Part shown: positions 7,801 to 16,820 of the stretch, in pieces | Numbering within the stretch: the stretch's first letter is position 1 | Layout of the letters: each line of letters opens with the position of its first letter | DNA from: a virus | Taxonomy: Duplodnaviria > Caudoviricetes | Length of the DNA: 25,188 nt | Virus record (IMG/VR): IMGVR_UViG_3300025653_000245 | Coordinates: 1 to 25,188 of that record | Reading direction: 5' to 3' (one strand) | Position numbers and translations under genes: made by a program | Notes under the pieces: model-generated | What the model saw: only the letters and a program-made list of their open reading frames with translations | Told to the model about the DNA's origin: nothing | The model's database searches: none

Positions 7801-10800
7801 TCAGATTACCCAATTTCAGGAATTCAAACGACCAATCAATATTATGTTGTAAAGGAAACTGATAATTCATTCAAATTATGTGATGCTGGTATTGGTGGAA
7901 CAAATACAACTAATTTTAATTCTAGAGTTTTTTCAGTATTCTCCTCTCAAGGAACTGGATATCAAACTTTCAAATATCCAGATATAACAGCAAATATAGA
8001 ATATACTACGGTAGGAATTGCAACTACAACTCAATCTAGATCCATTATACTAACTCCCGTTGTAACAGGTAAAATTAATTATCTATATCTTTATGAAAAG
8101 GGAACCAAATATGGATCAACAGTTTTAAATTTACATAAAAATCCCGATGTATCGGTCAAAATTGGAAGAGATGCTCAAGTATCTCCAATTATTCAAAATG
8201 GTTTTCTTGGAGAAGTAAACCTTGAATTTGGTGGTGAAGAATATTTTTCAACTCCAGATTTAGAAGTTTTTGACCCAACAGGATCTGGATCTGGTGCTAA
8301 GTTAAGAGCTGTTGTTTCTAATGGATCAATTACTGATGTAAAGGTAATTAGAACTGGAATAGGATATTCCAGTTCTACTGTCGTCAATGTATTACCAAGG
8401 GGAATTAACTTTGTCGAGAAGGTTGTTGTAGATACTGAAGTGAGATCACTCACAGTAAATAATGTCAATAAAACTGATTCTAAGCAATATGAAATTTTAA
8501 GAGACGATGATAAATTGCAGTATTCTGTTTCTGCATATTTTGATACTCTGAGATCATCCTTTGAGGATGATGGGAGCACAACTTCAAAAATTATTGGTTG
8601 GGCATATGATGGTAATCCGATTTATGGATCCTATGGATCGGTAGATCCTCAGAATGTTAGTTCTGGAATAAAAACTATGACCTCCGGATATACTTTAGAT
8701 GTATCCAACGTTGAAGATAGACCAAGTGATTTTGATCCCGGATTTTTTATTGAAGATTATCAATATACTGGAACTGGAGATTTGGATGAGCATAATGGAA
8801 GATATGCAAAAACTAATGAATTCCCAAATGGAATATACGCATATTATGCGACTATTGATCCAATAACCAATATTCCAGTATTTCCATATTTTATTGGACA
8901 ATCATTTAGATCAAAAACTATAGAAGAAAATAATACCTTAAATCAAAGTTTTGATTTTAATGAGTCATCTTTGCTTCGCAATACATTCCCATATAAAATT
9001 TCCGAATTGAATTCTAGTAATGATTTTATTATTGAGACTAATGAAATTTCAACTCAGGAAATTGTTGTTGAGTCAATTCAACAAGGATCTATTGACAGTA
9101 TTGACATTTTAAGTAAAGGTTTGGATTATAAAGTAGGTGAAAAACTAAACTTTGATAATACTGATACAGAAGGATCTGATATTGAGGCAGAAATCTCTTC
9201 CATTGAAGGTGGAAATATTGAAAATATTACTTCAGTAATTTCGGAGTATAGTGACTCCCCATTAATTTGGAAAAATGAAAATACTATAAGAGTCTATACA
9301 AATTCTTCAAATGAAATTAATAACAATGATTATGTGATTATTTCTGGTCTTAGCACGTCTATCAAATCTTTAAGTGGTTCTTATAAAGTTTCAGTTCCTT
9401 CTAATGTAAGTGTTGGAATAACGACAGATATTATTGGATCTGGATCAGAATCTACCGAAATTTACTTATCCAATATTCCATCTAATGTCTCCATAGGCAA
9501 CAGCATCACAATAGGATCAGAAACTGCAGAAGTTTTAAATGTTTATCCAACAAAAAATATTTTAACTATTAAGAGGGGATCTCCAAATACATTACATACT
9601 GTTGGCACTGCAGTAACTTTTAATAATAATTATTTTGATATTAAAAAAAATACAAATAAATTTGAATCAGAATTAAAGAGAAAAATTTATTTCAACCCTA
9701 ATGAGTCTGTTGGTGTAGGAACAACAGCAGGAACTGGTGTCACAACATCATTTAATCTTGGACAAGAGACTATCTCCAGATTTTTACTTACGCAAAGAAT
9801 ATATCTAGAAAATCATCAACTTGAAACTAATCAAATAATTACATTCAATGTCAATAATAATGGTGCGATTTCAATTTCAACAACACCAACTTCTACACAA
9901 TTTGATTTACCAACATCAGTATATGCTGTAAATAAATCTCCAAATGCAATTGGAATTAAAACAACATTAACAGGAAATGAGGTTTTCTTCCGTTCAAATG
10001 GCGATAATGTTGATGATTATTATTTTGAAACAAATCCAACTCAAAAGACAGCAGATGTAAAAATTATAAAATCAACTGTTGCTATTTCTAGTGCTCATGG
10101 TTTAAGTTTTGGTGATGAAATAAAGTTAAGTGTTAAACCAAATCTTTCTGTAGGCATTGGAACTTCAACGGCAGTTAGAGTTATTATAAATGAAAACACT
10201 AATAAAATTGAAATAAATCCAGTAGGGTTCACATCTTTAGGAATCAATACTGCAACCAATGAAATTACTTTAGAAAATCATCAGTTTAATAGTGGAGACA
10301 AAGTATATTATGATTCTACTGAAGTCGCTTCAGGATTGACTACTGGAAGTTATTTTGTTTCCGTTGTTGATCAAAATAAAATTTATCTTTCAAACAGTTA
10401 TTTTAATTCGATAAAAGATGATCCTACCATAGTTAGTATTGCAGGAACTGGTGGAAATTCCCATACATTATCTTTAATAAATCCAAAATTAACTTCTATC
10501 AGGAATAATAATCTGGTATTTGATCTTTCAGATTCTTCTCTGAACGGATATAAGTTCAAACTGTATTATGATTCTGAATTTAATAATGAATTTGTTTCCA
10601 CAGGAACAACATCAGTGTTTACTGCTATTGGTGTTGGAACCATTGGTGTTTCTACAAACGCATCAGTTACTATAAATTATAGTGAAAATCTTCCAGAAAG
10701 ATTGTATTATAATTTAGAAAAATCTGGATATATCAGCACTTCTGATACGGAAGTTAAAAATTATAATGAAATTTTATTTGTAAACAGTTCATTTAATAAT

Positions 10801-13800
10801 TCATATTCTGTTTCTGGTATCGGAACAACTACTTTCCAGATAACTTTGAGAGATGATGATGAAAAGACAGACTATACAGAGTCTGAATGTGATGTTTTAG
10901 AATACACCACAACTTCTCTGTCTGCAACTGGGTCAGTTAACACTGTAAGTATTAAGTCTTTTGGAAGTAGATATAGAAAATTACCTACATTTACAAAAGC
11001 TACAACTGATAGTGGAAATGGTCTTTTTGTCACGGCAAATTCAAAAACAATTGGATCTGTAAAATCAACCAGAATAATTAATGAAGGATTTGAATATTCG
11101 TCAGATAAAACTTTGTTGCCAAAAGCTTCAATTTCTCCAAAAGTAACTTTAAAAAATTCCAATCAAGTTGGAATAGTTACAGTTACAAGCGGAGGAAGGG
11201 GATTTTTATCCCCCCCCAATATTGTTACGGTAGATAAGATAACAAGAAATGTTATTCAAAATGGATTAATAACACCAGCAATGAATGGCGGAACAATTTC
11301 AAACATATTAATAGAAGATTCTCCGAAAGGATTGACAGATAATTCCGTAGAATTGTTTACTGTTAATAACACAAATGGAATTTCAATTAAGAGTGTTAAT
11401 TCAATATCTCCAACAGAATTCGTATGCGTTTTAACTACGCCACAACCTTTAGGTTTTACAACTGATCCATTTGCAATTGGTGATTTTGTATTTCTTGAAG
11501 GAATTCAAAAATATGGAACCGAAGGAACAGGATTCAATTCTTCAGATTATGGATATAAATTATTTAAAATTACAAACTATGATTCTACCAGTCTTACAGA
11601 TGATCAATTAACTGTAAATGTTGCTGGTTTGACGACCAATACTGGAATTGCAAAAACTATTCAAGATTCTACAGGAATTGCAATTCATAAAGATAATTAT
11701 CCAACATTTGATGTTACAATAATTCCTTCATTCTTTAAAGTAGGAGAGCAACTGACTGTAAATAATATTGATAGAAATATTATTGTTCGTCAGCACACCA
11801 ATGATACTGATTTTAGAATTGATGCATCATATGACTTGATACCAGGAGAAGTAATTAGAGGTAAAAATTCAGGAGTTCTGGCTACAATAGAAAGTGTCGT
11901 GAATTATGACGCACAATTCGAAACTTCATACTCTATTAAAAGAAACGAGGGTTGGGATTCTGATATTGGATTCTTAAGTGAGGATTATCAGGTATTGCCC
12001 GATAACGATTATTATCAAAATCTTTCTTATTCTATAAAGAGCCCACAATTATGGAAAGATATCAAATCACCGGTCAATAATTTAGTTCATAGCGTTGGCA
12101 TGAAGAATTTTGCCGACTCTACCTTTGAATCATTGACAGGAACAGCAAATACAATTACTGCTTTTACAGATATTGATATAACACTAGATCTGGATGAAGT
12201 ATTAAGAGTAGATACTATTAATAATTATGATTATACCAGAGATGTTGATGTTGTAGATAATGTTTCTAGATTTTTAGAGTTCAAGAATGAAAGATTTATT
12301 GCATATGGGGAATCTAGAACTAATGTTGTTTTAAGAATAGATGATCTCAGTGATCAATTTTCACAGTTTGAATCAAATCCGGTACAATATCTTAATATAT
12401 TTGAACTTGATAGTAATGAACTGTATAGAGATTATATCTTCAAGATAAGAAATCTGGAAAATGATAAAGTTCAGTTAACTACTTTAAAGTTAGCAAGTAA
12501 CTTTGATGGCAACTTTATTCATGAAAAAGAATCATTATCAAATAAAGAAGATTTATCTCTTCACGGAGATTTTGATTTAGTAACAAATGAATTTGGAGAG
12601 ACATTCTTAAGATTTATTCCTGAAAATCCATTTGATGATGATTTTGATATTAAATATATTGAAAGAAAGTTCACTATAGGAGTTGGAATTGCAACAACAT
12701 CAATTGGGTCGGTTGATGTCACATCTTATTCCGGAATTGTTACTACAGGAACAGGTGGAATAACATCATCAATACTTAGTGTGGATTCCAATACTTATAA
12801 TTCATTCTATGTTTCTGCTCAAATTGAAACTGGAACAACTAGTGAAATGAATTTTGCTGAAGTTTATGTTACTCATGATGGAACTGATGGTTATATTGCA
12901 GAAAATTATTTTGATTCATCCAAAAATAACATAACAACTAGTGGAATTGGAACGTTTGGTGTAGATTTGAATTCTGGTTTATTCAAATTAAACTATACCA
13001 ATAATCATCCAGAAAATGTATTAATTAATGCCAGAATACTTCAGTTTAAATCAGTAGGTGTTGGTGGAACATATAGATTTGCTCTTTCGGGTCAACCAGC
13101 AGGTAATGAAAGATCTGCAGTTTATCAAACAAATTATGCAACTGCAACTGATACAACACTTCCTATTGAAATATTCACACTAGATAAGAATAACTTTGAT
13201 GCAGTTTCATCTACAATTCAAGTCGAAGTTACTGGTTCTACCGATACGACTTACAATGGTTCTGCAGTCTATGGTGTTTCTTTTGTTCATGATATTACTG
13301 ATAGTTTTACACAAACTAGACATGCATTATTTGGCACTGATGACATCGCTGGCATAGGAACTTTCGGAGCAGAATTGGTTAATAATGATTTTACGATTAA
13401 TTTTTATCCATTTAGAACTGGTTCTGGAACTGGAACAATAAAAATTACATCTTTGTCAGAGGTATTCTACACAGATACAGATTTTATCAATGAACCTCCA
13501 GATCTTATATTTGGAACAGGAGTAGAAAGTTTCAAGACAGTAGCATATTTGGCAATTGATGGTGAAAGAATCAATAAGAAAAACTTTGTCTTAAGAAGTG
13601 AAGGTACTCCAATTTTTGCAAAGACGTTTGACCCTTCCGATTCTAGTAAGGTAAATCTTTCTACTGGTGTATTTTCAATACAAGATCATTTCTTTAGCAA
13701 TGGTGAGGAATTAGTTTATACACCAAAATCAACCTTTGTTGGAGTTGGATCAACTCCTATGATGTATAAAAACGGATCTGTTGAAGATGTATTACCATCA

Positions 13801-16773
13801 ACAGTATTTGCAATTGTAGAAAACCAAGACTTTGATACCTTCCAAATTTCTACGACCAGATCTGGAACTGCTGTTACTTTTACATCTATAGGTGAAGGTA
13901 ATGCTCATGTATTTGCCATGGCAAAAAGAAATGAAAAGGCGATCATAACCATTGATAATATGGTTCAATATCCAATAGCATTCAATGGCGTAGTTCATTC
14001 CTTAAGTGGAAATGGTGGAAGTATTTCTACAGAATCTACATTATTTGCTCTTTCTGGCATACAAACAGTATCACCATATAATATTTTGAAAATTGATGAT
14101 GAATATATGAATGTTATAAATGTTGGATTAGGAACTACAAATGTTGGACCAATAACTGGAATTGGAACAGAAACTCTTGTTCAGGTTGAGCGTGGATTTG
14201 TTGGATCATCAGCAACTGCACATAATGATTCATCTCAAGTGAATGTTTATCGTGGTAATTACAATATTGTTGATGATGAAATTTACTTTGTTAGGGCACC
14301 AAGGGGAAATGTTTCAATAACTAGAACTGGCAGCAATTTAGAATTTGAGACTTCGGATTTCTTAGGAAGAGTATTCTTGAGGAAAAACTATGATACAAGT
14401 CAAGTATTTGATGATTTCTCAAATAATTTCACTGGAATCGGAAACACTTATACTTTGACTGTTGGTGGAGCAAACACTACAGGAATTGGAACTTCTGGTG
14501 GAAATGGTATTGTATTTGTTAATGGCATTTTCCAAACACCAACCACAGAAAATAATCCAAATAATAATTTCAGTATTATTGAGGGTGTTGGTATTAGTAG
14601 CATGGTGTTTAGTGGTATTAGAGACAATACTAATACTCAAGTAATATCAGCGTCTGATGTCAATCAAAATCAACTTCCAAGGGGTGGAATTATTGTTTCC
14701 TATGGATCATCAGGTGGACTTGGTTATGCACCTCTTGTAGGAGCGTCTGTAACGGCTGTGGTAAGTGGTGGCGTTATTCAAAATAGTATTGGCATTGGTG
14801 CTACAGACAATGTTGGATCTGGATATAACGGATTAGTTTCAATTGGTGTTAGTGTCTATGAAGAAAATCATTCTGGCGATGTTGCATCAATTACTGCTAC
14901 AGTTGGTGCTGGCGGAACATTAACTTTTAATGTTACTAATGGTGGAACTGGATATAATAATCCACAAATATTTGTTTCCCCACCTTCATATGAAAACTTG
15001 GAAGTTGTTGGTGTTTCTAGAGTTGGTTTTGGATCAACCACTGATACTGGAGTAGGATTATTAGTTGATATTGAAATTGGTGCAGCATCTACAACGGGTA
15101 TTGGTTCAACAACATTTGAAGTAAAGGGATTTAGGGTCAAGAGACCTGGATATTCTTTTAGAAAAGGAGACAAGTTTACTCCTGTTGGATTAGTTACTGC
15201 AAAAGGATTATCTGAACCAATTTCACAATTTGTTCTTGAGGCAACTGAAACATATAGTGATAATTTTGCATCATGGCAGTTCGGAGAACTTGACTTCATT
15301 GATTCTATTAAAAATTATCAAGATGGTTCTAGAGTAAGATTTCCATTGTATTATAATACTTCTCTTAAGAGTTTTGAAAAGCAAGTTGGATCTAGAGTTA
15401 ATCTCCAAAATGCATTAATTATTATCATCAATGGCATTATTCAAGATCCTGGAGTGAATTATGTGTTTGATGGAGGAACCGCAGTAACATTTACTGAGGC
15501 ACCAAAACCTGGAGATGATGTTGCAATATTCTTCTATAGAGGAACTCGTGGGGAGGATGATTTCCAGTTAGACAATATTATTCCAAGTATTGAAAGAGGT
15601 GATTTATTAAATGTCAATCGCAACCCATTAGTTGTAGATTCAATATCTCAAAATCAAAGAACGGTAATCGATTTGCCAACATCAGATGTAGTAGAAACTG
15701 CTGCATATAGAGAGCAGGGTATTGAATCAATATATAAACCAACTTCTTGGACTAAGAAAAAATCTGATAAATTTATCAATGGTGAATTTATTTTTAAAAC
15801 TAGAGATTCTATTAGATCACAAACTTATCCGACTGCAAAAATCATAAAAGATATTTCTACAACAGATACAAAAATATTTGTAGATAATTCAGAATTCTTT
15901 ACCTCTGGTGGATCTAACCCCGATTTTGAATTTATTATTGTTGATCAATCACAAAATAATATTTCTGCAGAATTTACAGTTTCCGTTGGAACTGGAGGAA
16001 CAATTTCTGATGTTGAAATTACAAACCCTGGTTATGCATATACTGGATCTACAGTAAATCTGAGATTTTCTTCTCCAATATTAGAAAATAATAATTGGCC
16101 AACTGTTTCTACTGGAATTGGAACTACAGCAACAGCAACAGCAACTGTAGGATCTGGAGGAACTTTAACCTCTGTCACTATAACAAATCCCGGATATGGA
16201 TATACTGGTTCTGTTTTTGTAATTGCAGATCATCATGAAGTTAAATTTGAAAATACTGGATCAAATTCATTATTGAGTGTTAAGGGTTTCTCTGGAATTG
16301 TTACTGGAATTGGAACCACCGATAATTCTGGGCAATTGGCATTAGAGTTTTACTTGGATAGAGAAACTTTGGCATTTAATAATTCTAGTGATGCTCCAAT
16401 AGCAACTTATCCAATCTTTATCTATGATACACAGATTGGTTCTGGAGTTACTTCAGTTGACAATTCAGATTCTGCTGTTGTTGGAATTGGAACCACTTTC
16501 CTTGACAATATTTACTATATTAATCAGATTACATATGATGGAACTGTTGGTATAGCAACTTGCAATATTGATTCCGGAACTGATATAACTGGATTATCCA
16601 CTAGTGGTGATTTTGTTGGAAGATTCTCTTGGGGATTATTTGATGGTGTATCTAGATCTTCATCACCAATTTCCATTGGAGTAACAGGAAAAACAGTTAA
16701 TTCGGGTCTATCTACTTTCCCATTCATTCAAAGAAGGAAATATGGATTAAGAGATACTGGTGCAATACTATAA
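4822..16773 (+). CDS. gp7: Giant baseplate wedge initiator gp7-like structural protein, 3983 aa, with a split YHYH-like domain and many beta-rich repeats
   Basis: Position between gp6 and gp8. N-terminal QLPSFI..FLRQYY, and KSLYSTKGTDESFKILFKALFG. Internal DNDYYQNLSYSIKS..W...VNNLVHSVGMKNF is typical of gp7-like proteins. Uninterrupted 11.9 kb ORF. Confidence 0.85.
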   Translation: MIQTGFESRIKVQDIVQNQLPSFILDENPKTEDFLRQYYISQEYQGGPIDIAENLDQYLKLDNLKPEVIVDNTLLESSISESDTTISASSTKGFPESYGLLKIDDEIITYTGITTNSFVGCIRGFSGITTYHQDLNQNELVFSKSSATSHTSNSSIKNLSSLFLKEFYKKFKYSFASGFEDKKIYEDVNAGNFLKEIKSLYSTKGTDESFKILFKALFGQTPEIINLEKYLLKPSDAEFLRREVLVVEAISGNPLNLLGQSIFKSTDKTTQASVSSVENFTRRGKTYYKLSLFVGYGDKSNIQGLFDITQSTKCLEETLAGSTVLSVDSTIGFPQSGTIFSGNNIISYSNKSVNQFLGCSGIESTISATDNVRSNETYYGYENGDTSKKVEFRTTGVLSKFIPKSKSIFAEEGQILSIKSLGERVINRETNNNYKETFANSWIYNTSSTVEIDSFTNGGVILKSVVDKSQFKVGDKVEIIDSYSGEIKYPTQSDDIPYISSFDRSSLLLSLNNFSNFISESSGVYSIRRKINKASSDSVSIEYGNNKIISDIQNVYFDEDNFAYVASNSLPSSKDFENISYTYNLSAFLNSSSINQNSGQLSDVDEEYSLTSETKVYTSIQFDQKVNFVTGDSIYYEPENSSIAGLTTGTYYVEVVKTSDPSTNKRKIKLYGSRSFIGDNANSIRLSFPNGIDGNHNFTLSSQKSKSILPNKKFKKFKLEQNLNDGTKEKTIPGSIGMLINGVEIDNWKVNDIVYYGNLVRVEILNGGDEFDVINPPKLEVSSGAGTTALVQPVVKGSVKEILIDEKDLIVEKVLSINVSGGNGTGGIFKPILSKKRIEVLFDARTTTNGGGISTTTSQLTFLTNHNFVNGQEIIYRNSGQTSILIGAGTSSLIDNKSYYVRVDNNTTVKLYENLDDYNSNNFITFEPTWGEGGIQKFVFNEINNILSDIQIIDGGEFTNRKLIVKSSGISTTRNTINFENHGFSTGELIEYSSDYPISGIQTTNQYYVVKETDNSFKLCDAGIGGTNTTNFNSRVFSVFSSQGTGYQTFKYPDITANIEYTTVGIATTTQSRSIILTPVVTGKINYLYLYEKGTKYGSTVLNLHKNPDVSVKIGRDAQVSPIIQNGFLGEVNLEFGGEEYFSTPDLEVFDPTGSGSGAKLRAVVSNGSITDVKVIRTGIGYSSSTVVNVLPRGINFVEKVVVDTEVRSLTVNNVNKTDSKQYEILRDDDKLQYSVSAYFDTLRSSFEDDGSTTSKIIGWAYDGNPIYGSYGSVDPQNVSSGIKTMTSGYTLDVSNVEDRPSDFDPGFFIEDYQYTGTGDLDEHNGRYAKTNEFPNGIYAYYATIDPITNIPVFPYFIGQSFRSKTIEENNTLNQSFDFNESSLLRNTFPYKISELNSSNDFIIETNEISTQEIVVESIQQGSIDSIDILSKGLDYKVGEKLNFDNTDTEGSDIEAEISSIEGGNIENITSVISEYSDSPLIWKNENTIRVYTNSSNEINNNDYVIISGLSTSIKSLSGSYKVSVPSNVSVGITTDIIGSGSESTEIYLSNIPSNVSIGNSITIGSETAEVLNVYPTKNILTIKRGSPNTLHTVGTAVTFNNNYFDIKKNTNKFESELKRKIYFNPNESVGVGTTAGTGVTTSFNLGQETISRFLLTQRIYLENHQLETNQIITFNVNNNGAISISTTPTSTQFDLPTSVYAVNKSPNAIGIKTTLTGNEVFFRSNGDNVDDYYFETNPTQKTADVKIIKSTVAISSAHGLSFGDEIKLSVKPNLSVGIGTSTAVRVIINENTNKIEINPVGFTSLGINTATNEITLENHQFNSGDKVYYDSTEVASGLTTGSYFVSVVDQNKIYLSNSYFNSIKDDPTIVSIAGTGGNSHTLSLINPKLTSIRNNNLVFDLSDSSLNGYKFKLYYDSEFNNEFVSTGTTSVFTAIGVGTIGVSTNASVTINYSENLPERLYYNLEKSGYISTSDTEVKNYNEILFVNSSFNNSYSVSGIGTTTFQITLRDDDEKTDYTESECDVLEYTTTSLSATGSVNTVSIKSFGSRYRKLPTFTKATTDSGNGLFVTANSKTIGSVKSTRIINEGFEYSSDKTLLPKASISPKVTLKNSNQVGIVTVTSGGRGFLSPPNIVTVDKITRNVIQNGLITPAMNGGTISNILIEDSPKGLTDNSVELFTVNNTNGISIKSVNSISPTEFVCVLTTPQPLGFTTDPFAIGDFVFLEGIQKYGTEGTGFNSSDYGYKLFKITNYDSTSLTDDQLTVNVAGLTTNTGIAKTIQDSTGIAIHKDNYPTFDVTIIPSFFKVGEQLTVNNIDRNIIVRQHTNDTDFRIDASYDLIPGEVIRGKNSGVLATIESVVNYDAQFETSYSIKRNEGWDSDIGFLSEDYQVLPDNDYYQNLSYSIKSPQLWKDIKSPVNNLVHSVGMKNFADSTFESLTGTANTITAFTDIDITLDLDEVLRVDTINNYDYTRDVDVVDNVSRFLEFKNERFIAYGESRTNVVLRIDDLSDQFSQFESNPVQYLNIFELDSNELYRDYIFKIRNLENDKVQLTTLKLASNFDGNFIHEKESLSNKEDLSLHGDFDLVTNEFGETFLRFIPENPFDDDFDIKYIERKFTIGVGIATTSIGSVDVTSYSGIVTTGTGGITSSILSVDSNTYNSFYVSAQIETGTTSEMNFAEVYVTHDGTDGYIAENYFDSSKNNITTSGIGTFGVDLNSGLFKLNYTNNHPENVLINARILQFKSVGVGGTYRFALSGQPAGNERSAVYQTNYATATDTTLPIEIFTLDKNNFDAVSSTIQVEVTGSTDTTYNGSAVYGVSFVHDITDSFTQTRHALFGTDDIAGIGTFGAELVNNDFTINFYPFRTGSGTGTIKITSLSEVFYTDTDFINEPPDLIFGTGVESFKTVAYLAIDGERINKKNFVLRSEGTPIFAKTFDPSDSSKVNLSTGVFSIQDHFFSNGEELVYTPKSTFVGVGSTPMMYKNGSVEDVLPSTVFAIVENQDFDTFQISTTRSGTAVTFTSIGEGNAHVFAMAKRNEKAIITIDNMVQYPIAFNGVVHSLSGNGGSISTESTLFALSGIQTVSPYNILKIDDEYMNVINVGLGTTNVGPITGIGTETLVQVERGFVGSSATAHNDSSQVNVYRGNYNIVDDEIYFVRAPRGNVSITRTGSNLEFETSDFLGRVFLRKNYDTSQVFDDFSNNFTGIGNTYTLTVGGANTTGIGTSGGNGIVFVNGIFQTPTTENNPNNNFSIIEGVGISSMVFSGIRDNTNTQVISASDVNQNQLPRGGIIVSYGSSGGLGYAPLVGASVTAVVSGGVIQNSIGIGATDNVGSGYNGLVSIGVSVYEENHSGDVASITATVGAGGTLTFNVTNGGTGYNNPQIFVSPPSYENLEVVGVSRVGFGSTTDTGVGLLVDIEIGAASTTGIGSTTFEVKGFRVKRPGYSFRKGDKFTPVGLVTAKGLSEPISQFVLEATETYSDNFASWQFGELDFIDSIKNYQDGSRVRFPLYYNTSLKSFEKQVGSRVNLQNALIIIINGIIQDPGVNYVFDGGTAVTFTEAPKPGDDVAIFFYRGTRGEDDFQLDNIIPSIERGDLLNVNRNPLVVDSISQNQRTVIDLPTSDVVETAAYREQGIESIYKPTSWTKKKSDKFINGEFIFKTRDSIRSQTYPTAKIIKDISTTDTKIFVDNSEFFTSGGSNPDFEFIIVDQSQNNISAEFTVSVGTGGTISDVEITNPGYAYTGSTVNLRFSSPILENNNWPTVSTGIGTTATATATVGSGGTLTSVTITNPGYGYTGSVFVIADHHEVKFENTGSNSLLSVKGFSGIVTGIGTTDNSGQLALEFYLDRETLAFNNSSDAPIATYPIFIYDTQIGSGVTSVDNSDSAVVGIGTTFLDNIYYINQITYDGTVGIATCNIDSGTDITGLSTSGDFVGRFSWGLFDGVSRSSSPISIGVTGKTVNSGLSTFPFIQRRKYGLRDTGAIL

Positions 16774-16794
16774 AATATAATATATCAAACAACT

Positions 16795-16802
16795 TATAAA
16801 TA
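16795..16802 (+). promoter_or_regulatory. T4-type late promoter TATAAATA
   Basis: Exact consensus in the gp7-gp8 intergenic region, 18 nt upstream of the gp8 ATG. Confidence 0.85.
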
Positions 16803-16820
16803 CCTAAAAAACTATGTAAT

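Noticed and set aside
4822-16773. Intein, intron or homing endonuclease as the cause of the gp7 size
   Set aside because: The ORF is uninterrupted, and no intein splice motifs or LAGLIDADG/HNH/GIY-YIG signatures were recognised; the extra length is repeat modules.
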